From the NCBI RefSeq assembly GCF_004348985.1, contig NZ_SMKW01000009.1, positions 25,276 through 89,275 of the forward strand: 64,000 bases of DNA. The letters run 5' to 3'. Numbering within the stretch: position 1 is the first letter of the stretch; each line of letters starts with the position of its first letter. The notes below the pieces were generated by a model. It was not told the origin of the DNA. It saw only the letters and a program-made list of their open reading frames with translations, and made no database searches. Below, piece by piece: positions 30,136 to 39,115 of the stretch. Source of the stretch: Saccharopolyspora elongata (lineage in GTDB: Bacteria; Actinomycetota; Actinomycetes; Mycobacteriales; Pseudonocardiaceae). A program made the position numbers and the translations under genes.

Positions 30136-31125
30136 ATGTGGGCTGGGGGACGGTCCCAGCAAACCGGGGTTGACGAGGATGTAGATTCGTCGTTCTTTGT
30201 CTCCTATTCCCACGAGGATGCGCATTACGTGACGCGCCTCGTTGACCACCTGCGAGGTTTTGGGCTTCCGCTTTGGTTCGACGGTCATTTGGCGTGGGGT
30301 AGTCAGTTCACCCGGGAGATACGTCAACGGCTCTCGCGTGCCCTGGGGATCATCGTGGTCATGTCGCCGGGCGCTGACCAGTCTGAGTGGGTAGAGCGTG
30401 AAATCCTCGAAGGTCAACGACATGATCGTCTCTTCTTGCCGATCCTGCTGAGTGGGGAACGACTGTTCCTGCTTGCCAGCAGCAACTACTTCGATGCGCG
30501 GGACGGTTCATTTCCTGGTGAGCGGGAGATCCAGGAGCTCCAACGCATCCGAGACGCGAAGCCCGGCTTTGTGCCTCGGCAGTCGCCGCTGGACATCCCC
30601 GCTGGAAAACCCGCGCCTCGCACCACACGTGTTCCTGCTCAGATCTCCCTGCGGAAGCTCTCAACATTCCTCGCCGATGGCCAGCTCGAACATGCCGACA
30701 TCCTGACGACCTCACTGCTTCTCGAGTCGGTGAATCGCATCGACCACGGGTGGATGCGCAGAACGGACGGGAAAACGATTTCTGCTGGTCTGCTGCACGA
30801 TGTGGACGACCTCTGGTCCAGGTTTTCCGGCGGACAGCATGGATTTCGGGCGCAACTAGCGCTACACCGAGTCCCTCCGCCGGGCGCGCCAGAGGGACGC
30901 CAGCGGGACTTTTCCGCGTTGGCACTTTCCCTCGGTTGGAAGAGTGCCCAGCGTGACACTATGCCGAGATATGGTGATTTCATCGCCCGTCCGGAGTTCC
31001 CAGCCGGCTTCTTTCCGACCCTGCGCAACCCGCAGCTCGAACAGAATCAAAGCTGGCATGACCACTGGATGGAAACCGTGATGGCAGTTCAGTTGCAGCT
31101 TCGCGCGACGAAAGGGTGGAAATAA
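30136..31125 (+). CDS. TIR domain protein with C-terminal domain of unknown function
   Basis: FFVSYSHEDAHYV...LPLWFDGH...IIVVMSPGADQSEWVEREI is a bacterial TIR (TIR_2-like) pattern including the conserved Glu. The C-terminal ~190 aa are unassigned. Confidence 0.8.
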   Translation: MWAGGRSQQTGVDEDVDSSFFVSYSHEDAHYVTRLVDHLRGFGLPLWFDGHLAWGSQFTREIRQRLSRALGIIVVMSPGADQSEWVEREILEGQRHDRLFLPILLSGERLFLLASSNYFDARDGSFPGEREIQELQRIRDAKPGFVPRQSPLDIPAGKPAPRTTRVPAQISLRKLSTFLADGQLEHADILTTSLLLESVNRIDHGWMRRTDGKTISAGLLHDVDDLWSRFSGGQHGFRAQLALHRVPPPGAPEGRQRDFSALALSLGWKSAQRDTMPRYGDFIARPEFPAGFFPTLRNPQLEQNQSWHDHWMETVMAVQLQLRATKGWK

Positions 31126-32873
31126 CGGTGCTAACGACAGTGGTCGTGCTTTCTGTGTTTCTCCTCATCGGGCTGTTAGCGTTCGTGGTTAAAAGCATTG
31201 GCCGGGTGCCGACCGGCCATGTTGGCCTTGTCTATCGCACGTTCGGACGGCGCCACCCGGACGATCGCTTCAGGGTGCGCGTGCATGGCAGTCCCGGCCC
31301 CCAAGCCGCGATTCTTGAGGCCGATCACATCTACTTCCTTCCTTTCCTCATCTACAAAGTCACCTACGCGCCCCAGACATACGTGCCGCCAGGAACGATC
31401 GGCGTCGTCCGGGCGAAAGAGGGCGCTACTCCGCAAGACCGGCCGCTTTGCCGACACGTCGAGTGCGATCAGTTCCAGGACGGCCACAAATTCCTCACGA
31501 ACGGCGGCCAGGCGGGAAAGCAACCGGCCATCCTCCGGGGCGGGGCGTCCTACGATATCAACCCCTGGATCTTCGATGTGATCACGGTCGACAACATCGG
31601 TGAAGGTCGCTACGGGCTCACCGCCGAAGACCTGAGGGAGATCACTGTTCCGGAAGGTGAGACGGGTGTGGTGATCGCGCTCGACGGCAACCCGCCCGGC
31701 GAGGAGGGCGGCGTAGTCGGCCGGCGGGTCCCCGGACACCAGAGCTTCGAGTATCCCTGGAAGTTTCTTGCCAATGGCGGCCAGCGTGGCGCACAAGCGG
31801 AAACGCTGAGCCATGGCGGTCTGTATGCGATCAATCCATGGTTCGCGCGGATCGTGCTCATCCCGACCCGCAATCTCACCCTGGAATGGACGCGGAAAGA
31901 GGACAAACCACGAAGCAACTTCGATGCGGCGCTCGACAAGATTGTCATCAACGTCGAAGGCCACCGGCTAAGTTCGAGAATGTCGCAGATCATTCGGATT
32001 CCGGCCAAGGCGGCACCGCAGCTCGTCGGCCTCTTCGGCGAGCATGAAAGCGATGCGTTCGGCGTGAGCGGCGCATCGGACCCGACCCCAGTGCAGCGGT
32101 TCGTCGAAGGAGTGCTCGGTCGCACCGTTGAGGGGTATTTCCACAGCACCGCAGCCGACTACCGAGTTCTTGATTTCCTCGGCAACCACAACGAGGTGCG
32201 TCTAGAACTTGAGGGACGGGTGCGTGACGACCTCGCCGAATGGGATGTGGAAGCGGTCCGTACGACGCTGGGCGAATTCGAGCCGGAAGGTACTGACATC
32301 GACCGGTTTCGGCAGAAAATTCAGCAAGAACGTGATCGTCAGCACTACCTTGAACACCGTGAGAAAAACGTTCAGATGGAAGCGAAAATTGAAGAGGTGT
32401 TGATCGCGATTGAGCGAAATCGAGGCAAGGTCGCGACCGCTGAACTGGAGGACGAAATCAGGCTGCTGGGCGTGGACCATGTCGCGTTCGCGCGCTTCCT
32501 GGACCGACTAGCGGAGATGGACGTGCCCGAGTTCGTCGGAAGCGATTCAAGCGCGCAAAACATGCCTTTGCCCGCTGCCCTTAACCTGATCAATAAGTAC
32601 CTTGCCGGGCCTGGCAGGGAGCCCGGGGCGACCTCGCCACGGGAGTTGGACCCGGCGCGCGGTTCCCGATCTGATCACCAGCTATCGCCGCAGCCCGCTG
32701 ACGACGATTCTGCCACCGCGACAACGGAACGGGTGAGCCGAGTTCGCGGCACCATGCGATCCACTGTGGATGGTGAGGCCTACTCGGCCGACCCCGAGAA
32801 CGGGCAAACCCCGAAGATTAACCGCGTACGCGGAACGGGAAAATCGCATCAGCCCGAGAACGACGATGCGTAA
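31116..32873 (+). CDS. SPFH/band-7 (flotillin-like) membrane protein
   Basis: N-terminal TM helix, then an SPFH-like core (GRVPTGHVGLVYRTFG...PFLIYKV...). It contains an internal tandem repeat FLTNGGQAGKQ...YDINPW / FLANGGQRGAQ...YAINPW and a C-terminal coiled coil. The GTG start overlaps the TIR gene's last codons. Confidence 0.7.
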   Translation: MEITVLTTVVVLSVFLLIGLLAFVVKSIGRVPTGHVGLVYRTFGRRHPDDRFRVRVHGSPGPQAAILEADHIYFLPFLIYKVTYAPQTYVPPGTIGVVRAKEGATPQDRPLCRHVECDQFQDGHKFLTNGGQAGKQPAILRGGASYDINPWIFDVITVDNIGEGRYGLTAEDLREITVPEGETGVVIALDGNPPGEEGGVVGRRVPGHQSFEYPWKFLANGGQRGAQAETLSHGGLYAINPWFARIVLIPTRNLTLEWTRKEDKPRSNFDAALDKIVINVEGHRLSSRMSQIIRIPAKAAPQLVGLFGEHESDAFGVSGASDPTPVQRFVEGVLGRTVEGYFHSTAADYRVLDFLGNHNEVRLELEGRVRDDLAEWDVEAVRTTLGEFEPEGTDIDRFRQKIQQERDRQHYLEHREKNVQMEAKIEEVLIAIERNRGKVATAELEDEIRLLGVDHVAFARFLDRLAEMDVPEFVGSDSSAQNMPLPAALNLINKYLAGPGREPGATSPRELDPARGSRSDHQLSPQPADDDSATATTERVSRVRGTMRSTVDGEAYSADPENGQTPKINRVRGTGKSHQPENDDA

Positions 32874-32911
32874 CGAGGGCGCTCACGACGGCGGGAGATG
32901 AGGCAACGACC

Positions 32912-33949
32912 TTGGTGCGAATCCAAGCAGTTGGCACGCCACAAAGCGCAGTATGGAGCCACGGTCGTCCAGGCTTGTTCGCCATGGGCGTGTGGACGGA
33001 AAGAAAAGCCGGAAGCGGTGAGGACGCCGAGCCACTCTTGCTCCACGACTGGTCGCACAATGCGGGCCTCGCGGCGGTATTCGATGGCGCGGGTGGCGCC
33101 GGGGCAGCCAGCGCCGGACACTCGGCGCAGGGCGTCGAGCGCAGTCACGCATGGGTGGCGGCGCGTGCAGCACGCGGGCTGACGGAAGAGTGGTTCGTTA
33201 CGACCGGCCAGCACGGTGTCCAAGACCATGCGGCTTCACTGGAGCAGCATCTCGCCGAGCGGCTCGGCGAAGTGCGTGGCGCCAGCCGAAGCAGGATCGC
33301 CGGGTCTATGCGGCGGGATTTGCCGACGACCGTGGCGGCGTTGCGTTACGAGGTGCATCCCGACAGGGTCGTGTGGCAAGTGTTGTGGGCCGGGGACTCC
33401 CGTTGCTACCTGCTTGACTCCGAACACGGCCTGCAGCAGGTCAGTCGCGACGACGCCGAGTCGGGTGATGCACTGGTGCTGCTGACCGAGGACCCACCGA
33501 TGACCAACATGGTGTCCGCGAACCGCCGATTCACAATCCACGCCGCTCCCGGTCACGCGGCGATCCCCTGTCTGCTCGTGTGCGCCACGGATGGCTTCTT
33601 CGGTTACCTGAACACGCCGGCCGAGTTCGAGTTCCTGCTGCTCGACACGATGGCGAACGCCGCTGACTTAACAGATTGGAGCACGCTCCTGACACAAACG
33701 GTGAGTTCCTACACCGGCGACGACGCATCGCTTGCACTGGTAGCGCTGGGATTCGACGATTTCGATCAGTTGCGCGCCGATTTCGAGTGGCGCAGATCGG
33801 CGCTTCAGGCCGAACACATCGAGCCCACCAGACGAGCATCGGACGGGGACCGGGAATCGTTCGTCGCCGCGAGAATGGAATCCTGGAAGCTCTACCGCGG
33901 GTCCTACGAGCAGCGGATGCCGCGGCAGCACGGGCAGGAACGTCCGTGA
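32912..33949 (+). CDS. PP2C-family Ser/Thr protein phosphatase
   Basis: Motifs AVFDGAGGAG, WAGDSRCYLL and CATDGFF. The start is uncertain: TTG/GTG at 32912-32915 or ATG at 32984. Confidence 0.8.
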   Translation: MVRIQAVGTPQSAVWSHGRPGLFAMGVWTERKAGSGEDAEPLLLHDWSHNAGLAAVFDGAGGAGAASAGHSAQGVERSHAWVAARAARGLTEEWFVTTGQHGVQDHAASLEQHLAERLGEVRGASRSRIAGSMRRDLPTTVAALRYEVHPDRVVWQVLWAGDSRCYLLDSEHGLQQVSRDDAESGDALVLLTEDPPMTNMVSANRRFTIHAAPGHAAIPCLLVCATDGFFGYLNTPAEFEFLLLDTMANAADLTDWSTLLTQTVSSYTGDDASLALVALGFDDFDQLRADFEWRRSALQAEHIEPTRRASDGDRESFVAARMESWKLYRGSYEQRMPRQHGQERP

Positions 33950-35007
33950 AGAAAGGCGACGTCATCGGCGACTACCACATCACCAGCAAACCCACGAACA
34001 CCGATGCGGGTAAATGCTTGTGGGCGTTCGCGGAAAAGGACGGCCAGGAGTTCTTCATCAAGGAGTTCCTCGACCCGAAGCGCCCTCGGGAAAATTTCAT
34101 GGGAAGCCCGGAGGCCAAACGTGCGATCGTCGCGCAATGCGAGGAATTCGAGGAGCGGCACTGGTCGGTTATCGAACTCCTCGACCCGGAGGACCTCGAT
34201 GCTGGGAACCTGGTCACCGCAGTCGATTTCTTCTTCGAGGGAAGCCGCTACTACAAGGTCACCAGGCGGCTGCATCTGGCGGACCTGGCGGACCCACACC
34301 TGCTCACGCCGTACCAGAAGAGCGTGCTGCTCGGCACCCTGGCCGACAGTCTGCGGCTGCTGCATCGCAAGGGCATCGTGCACGGCGACCTCAAGCCGCA
34401 GAACGTGCTGCTGCACCAACCGCCGGGCAGTGACCTCTTTACTGCCAAGCTGATCGACTTCGACGACGCCTACATGTCCGGAGCCCCGCCCGAGCGCACG
34501 GTGATCGGCGGGGACGCGCTATATGGGGCACCGGAGTGGATACGGTATGTGCAAGCCGACCCTGAAATCGGACCTGAACAGCTGGTCACCGCCGTCGACA
34601 TGTTCGCATTCGGCCTGATGGCGCACACCTACCTCACCGGCGCACTGCCCGGCTACGACAAGCGGCACGGCTCTCCAGCCGAGGCGGTCAACGCGGGAGA
34701 CGTGCTCGAGTTCGACGACCGGCTGAGTCCGGCACTGCTGCACACCTTGCGCGCGTTGTTACGCGCCGACCCGGGCTCCAGACCGCACATCGCCGATGTC
34801 CAGGACCTGTTGGAACAACAGGAGCAACTCGCGCTGCGAACAAATCCCCCTGCGCCGGAGGACGATTACCGAGTGAAGGTCGGGCGGCTGCAGATCAACT
34901 TCGGCGGTGGGAAAGAGCCCCCAAGCCCTTCGAGCGGTACCCAGTCGCGCGTCCGCATCAATTTGGACGGGCGCAATCCTGAAGGCCGAGACGAGCAAAG
35001 GAGATAA
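33946..35007 (+). CDS. Ser/Thr protein kinase
   Basis: VAIK-type Lys (FFIKEF), catalytic loop HGDLKPQN, DFD, GAPEW. The GTG start overlaps the phosphatase stop (GTGA). Confidence 0.85.
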   Translation: MKKGDVIGDYHITSKPTNTDAGKCLWAFAEKDGQEFFIKEFLDPKRPRENFMGSPEAKRAIVAQCEEFEERHWSVIELLDPEDLDAGNLVTAVDFFFEGSRYYKVTRRLHLADLADPHLLTPYQKSVLLGTLADSLRLLHRKGIVHGDLKPQNVLLHQPPGSDLFTAKLIDFDDAYMSGAPPERTVIGGDALYGAPEWIRYVQADPEIGPEQLVTAVDMFAFGLMAHTYLTGALPGYDKRHGSPAEAVNAGDVLEFDDRLSPALLHTLRALLRADPGSRPHIADVQDLLEQQEQLALRTNPPAPEDDYRVKVGRLQINFGGGKEPPSPSSGTQSRVRINLDGRNPEGRDEQRR

Positions 35008-35010
35008 ACG

Positions 35011-35718
35011 TTGACCGGGAGCGGCCCGAATAACAACAACCTGAAGTATGCCGTGGACATCGTGTTGTGCATCGACGTGACCGGCAGCATGGGACCCACC
35101 TTGGATCAGGTCAAGGAAAACGCCTTGTCCTTCCACCAGCAGCTCAGCTCGGTGATGGAGGACAAGGGACGCAGCATCAGCCAGTTGCGGCTGAAGGTCA
35201 TCGCGTTCCGAGACTTCGCCGACAGTCCGGACAACGCCATCGAGCAGACCGGTTTCCTGACCTTCCCCGAACAAGCCCACGATTTTGATACGTTCGTGCG
35301 TGGCCTGCGCGCATCGGGTGGGGGAGACGCGCCAGAATCAGGCATGGAGGCGCTGGCCCTCGCGATGGCGTCCGACTGGGAGCAGGGACTCGACCGGCGG
35401 CGCCACGTGATCGTGGTGTTCACCGATGCCCCCGCGCACCCTCTCGGCTCACCGGACCAGATACGGGCGCGCACCTATCCGCAGTCTATTCCGCGCTCGA
35501 TGGCCGAGGCATTCGATCAGTGGGGTTTCGCGCACAGCCAGAAGGCGATCATGGAGAACTCCTCCAAGCGACTGCTGCTTTTCGCCCCGGAAACCCAACC
35601 TTGGGTCGACATCTCCGAGAGCTGGAACAACACGCTGTTCTTGCCGTCTAAGGCGGGAGAGGGCGTTCATGAGTGGGAGATGGACGAGATCATCAACACC
35701 ATTGCCCACAGTCTCTGA
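35011..35718 (+). CDS. von Willebrand factor type A domain protein (TerY-like)
   Basis: MIDAS motif DIVLCIDVTGSM. TTG start 3 nt after the kinase stop, with GGAGA upstream. Confidence 0.8.
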   Translation: MTGSGPNNNNLKYAVDIVLCIDVTGSMGPTLDQVKENALSFHQQLSSVMEDKGRSISQLRLKVIAFRDFADSPDNAIEQTGFLTFPEQAHDFDTFVRGLRASGGGDAPESGMEALALAMASDWEQGLDRRRHVIVVFTDAPAHPLGSPDQIRARTYPQSIPRSMAEAFDQWGFAHSQKAIMENSSKRLLLFAPETQPWVDISESWNNTLFLPSKAGEGVHEWEMDEIINTIAHSL

Positions 35719-35731
35719 CAAGGCGGTGCGA

Positions 35732-36419
35732 GATGTGGCGGCGACCCAGAAACCGGAAGAGACACCCGCAAAGGGTGCGGGCGAGCTGGGGTCCGGATTC
35801 CTCAAATGAGTTCGAGTCGCGCTGGTACGACGAGCGCGGTCGCCCCACGGGCCACGTGCGGGTGGTGGACTGGGACGAGCGGTTCGATGCCCCAGATCGT
35901 GTGGCCTTCCTTGTGGAAGGTCACGGCGTAATACTGCAATTGCGAGCGGGCCGGATCAAAATCCACGAGACTCAGAAACAGCGAAGAAGCATTCGGCTGA
36001 ATCTTCCGATCGAATCGTGTGTCTCCGCGAATGTTCAAGAGCGCAGGACGTCAGACGGATCGGTTGTGCTCCGGTTCGACCTCCGGGCAAAGATCGGGGC
36101 GTCCTGGCCAGAGCCGATGTCCGTCTCTCTGCTCTTTCCGGCTGAATGCCGACCGCAGCTTTCCCACCTCGTTGATCAGTTACATGAGTCGGATCGAGTC
36201 GAACCTGTCGGACCCGCGGCAGCGCAGGTAAGCGAACCACCGCCGCCCGCGAATGAGGTACCGCCGGGCCGTGTTGATGAGGAACGCAAGTCGCCGACGT
36301 TCCGGCAGCTATCCGTCGTCGGGGTTCCAGACACCGAGGAATGGTTGAGCTTTCATCCGTTACCGAGCAGCGCCGACGTTTTCGCGTTCAAACCGCCTCG
36401 CGGGACTGGAAGAAGGTAG
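35732..36419 (+). CDS. Hypothetical protein with highly basic N-terminus
   Basis: 229-aa ORF in the same operon, no recognisable domain. Confidence 0.45.
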
Positions 36420-36431
36420 GCGGGAGAGCAC

Positions 36432-37346
36432 ATGTCCGACCAGGTGTGGGTCTGCGACGGCTGCAACACTAACAACGCCGCCGAGGCCGCGGTCTGCCGC
36501 CGGTGTAAGCGCGAACCGGGCAGCACGACGTCCACGGAAGTCCGGCTGGCATCCGACGAGGCCGTGACGCCCCGTCGACAGGACACGGAGCCACCGGATA
36601 CCTCGACGCCCTCGTTGTCCCGGCCGGACGAATCCGCGACGCCCCTCTCACGGGTTCGGGTCAGCAGCCCGGATTCGTCCCCCGCCTCCAGGTCAGGCTC
36701 CGCACCGGAGGACATGCCTCGCGAAACGGAGAGTTCCGCACCGGTGGAGTCCTCTCGGCCGTCCCGACGTGATCGGAGAACGCTGGCGGTGGTCGGCGTG
36801 CTGATCGTTCTGGTAATCGCCGGCCTTATTGCCCTTCTAGCCAGCCTCAGCCTAGCCAGCCTCAGCGTGGCAACGAACGAGAACCACTCAGGCCCCACGT
36901 CAACCGTGCCAACCTCGTCTTTCACTTTCCCGCCCAGCGCCTCCGCTTGGAGCGCCTACGGCGGGCTCGACGCGGAATCCTTCGACTGGCAGTCCGGGGG
37001 CATCGCCGTCAACCAAGATGGCTACATCGGCCCGCTCTCCCGCGGAGACTCCATTCGCTTCACGAACGTCGATTTCGGTTCGGTGCCGGCGACAGAGGTT
37101 TCAGCCCAGCTGTGGACCTGGGTCGGTGACGGGGTGAATGCGAAGATCGACGTCCGACTCGATGGCCCGGAGGGCAAGCTGATCGGCAAGATCAATGTGT
37201 CGCCCGAGAAGCGGCGGGAATGGAAGAATGTGCCGGTCAAACTCGTAAATGGCCCCGTGACGGGCAAGCACACCGTGTACCTGACCTTCGTCGCAGACAA
37301 GCCCGAGGACTTCATGTACCTCAACTGGATCCAGTTCCACCGCTGA
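36432..37346 (+). CDS. Zinc-ribbon / single-TM / carbohydrate-binding-module-like protein
   Basis: N-terminal double CxxC (VCDGCNTNN...CRRCK), Ser/Pro-rich linker, TM helix (LAVVGVLIVLVIAGLIALLASL). C-terminal beta-sandwich resembling CBM6/CBM35 (FTNVDFG...YLNWIQF). Confidence 0.6.
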   Translation: MSDQVWVCDGCNTNNAAEAAVCRRCKREPGSTTSTEVRLASDEAVTPRRQDTEPPDTSTPSLSRPDESATPLSRVRVSSPDSSPASRSGSAPEDMPRETESSAPVESSRPSRRDRRTLAVVGVLIVLVIAGLIALLASLSLASLSVATNENHSGPTSTVPTSSFTFPPSASAWSAYGGLDAESFDWQSGGIAVNQDGYIGPLSRGDSIRFTNVDFGSVPATEVSAQLWTWVGDGVNAKIDVRLDGPEGKLIGKINVSPEKRREWKNVPVKLVNGPVTGKHTVYLTFVADKPEDFMYLNWIQFHR

Positions 37347-37469
37347 CCGCGCCATAAACCGTCCACAATGGAACAGCCCTTCCGGGCCATTCCGGCCGGG
37401 CAGATAAGTGAAGTGACTTCGCCCCCCCGCGGTGTGGCGGCATACTGTGATCAAGATCAGATGAGGCGG

Positions 37470-37674
37470 TGGTGGCGCTGGCCGGTCAGGGAAGTCGGGC
37501 GGACGAAGAGCCCAGCTGGGACTCGGTGGGTGTCGCTGCCGGCCAGCATCGCCACGGCCTACGAGACCTTGATGCAGTCGCACGATAGCCCGTGGGTGTT
37601 CTGTACCCCGGACCGGGCGCCGCTGCGCCGGTCGAATTTCCGGCAACACTGCTGGCGTCCCGACTTGGGCCAGG
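37470..37674 (+). pseudogene. Tyrosine integrase internal fragment, truncated by IS insertion
   Basis: TKSPAGTRWVSLPASIATAYETL...PLRRSNFRQHCWRPDLGQV aligns with PKTPASVRAVHLPPFLVDLLTEH...LHRRSNFRRRFWLPALAGD of the intact integrase (58150-58360). The catalytic C-terminus is missing. Confidence 0.5.
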
Positions 37675-38290
37675 TTAGTGCGTACTTGTTCGGGTGCGGA
37701 TGGCGTCGAGGACCTGTTGGACGTCGTTGGATAGCGGGTCGGCTGCGGTGACGACGTGTTCACCGGCCTGGATCTGGATGGTGCGGTAGCGGCGGACCGT
37801 TTTGACGAACTTCTTGATCGACCAGCCGGTGGTGTCCTCGATCCAGCGGGAGACGGCCAGGGCGGCGAACACGATCGTGAGGGGCTTCGATCGAGTCTTT
37901 GGTGCGGTGGACATCGGGCGGGCGGCCAGGTCTGACTTGGCCATCCGGAAGCTCTTTTCGACCTGAAACAGCTGGTGGTAGGCGTCGATGACCTTCTCCG
38001 GGGTGGGCTCGGCGATGTTGGTGACGTAGCCCTTGATCCCGGCCAGCGCACGGGCCTTGGCCTCCAGCTCCCGGTTGACCGTCTTCGTTGCGTTGTCCAG
38101 CTTGACGAACCGGTTGCGCTTGACCGCGGTCTTGCCCGCGACGGCCTGCTCGGCCTTGGCTCGTCGATTCCCTTGAGCGTCCGGCGGGCCCGGTCGTGTT
38201 TGTATTGGTAGTAACGTACCTGGTCACGGCGCTTGTCGCGGCGCCCGGCAGGCAGGGCGTGTGCAAAGTTGATCTGTTCGGTTTAGGTTG
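37675..38290 (-). mobile_element. IS4-superfamily (IS1634-like) transposase remnant, frameshifted
   Basis: AVKRNRFVKLDNATKTVNRELEAKARALAGIKGYVTNIAE...YHQLFQVEKSFRMAKSDL (Y..RW.IE..F...K motif) in one frame. The upstream part (DKRRDQVRYYQYKH...) is in another frame. Confidence 0.55.
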
Positions 38291-38299
38291 TTTCGGGCA

Positions 38300-38575
38300 G
38301 TAGGTTCAGGAGTCGTTCGGGCCTGCGGTTGCCGGCGCGGAGTGCGGGGCGGATGTGGGTGGCTCCGTGCTGGCGGTGCAGGGTGATCGCGGTGTTGCGG
38401 AGGATGGCGAAGTTCTGGGGTGCGTTGCCGGTGCGGGCACGGTGGCGGTCTTCGTCGAAGGCGACGTCACGGATCAGGTGCAGGCGGTTCTCGATCGCCC
38501 AATGGCCCTGGATGAGTTCCGCCAGGTCAGCTGGGGTGGCGGCGGTGGGTGGCAGATCGGTCAGATAGCAGGCTG
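38300..38575 (-). mobile_element. ISAs1-family transposase C-terminal remnant
   Basis: ELIQGHWAIENRLHLIRDVAFDEDRHRARTGNAPQNFAILRNTAITLL matches the conserved HW.IEN.LHW.LDVTF.ED..R.R.G C-terminus of ISAs1/H-repeat transposases. An in-frame stop lies upstream. Confidence 0.55.
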
Positions 38576-39115
38576 TCTCGATGCTGGCGGGCTAACTTTC
38601 GGCCGGCGCCAGCGCCGGATCCGGAGTGCCTGCCGGGCATTCAGCAACTCCGGCCGCAGACCCTCGTCCAAGGCAAGGACTTTCAGGCTCCTGGTCTCAG
38701 CACGCCCGTGCCCGCGGCCGCGATTCTGCTCACCGAGGCGAGTGTCGTTCCAGCGCACGGTTTGAGACCAACGGAGTTCAAGCCGCGCGGTGCGAGAACG
38801 TCCTGCTGCAGCGCGTTCACCTGCCGGAGTAGTTCCCCGAGCAGATTCGAGGGTAGTTCTGCCTGCACGTCGACCGCCTGCACCTGCTCGGTGCCACCAT
38901 CCACCCGCCAGCGCTCGCCGCCGGCCTCAAGCCGACGTGGATGTCCGTCGCGGAGCGCTGCGACCTGTGCCTGCGGCTGGATCTCCCGCGCCACGACCTT
39001 GGCGCCGACGCCTACGCCCGGACGGGTCTCCTCGTCGCCGATCATCTGCGTACGCTGGAGCCCGGCATCACTGTACGGGTACGAGTACGCGGCAGTAGGT
39101 TCGTGCGCGTGCACA

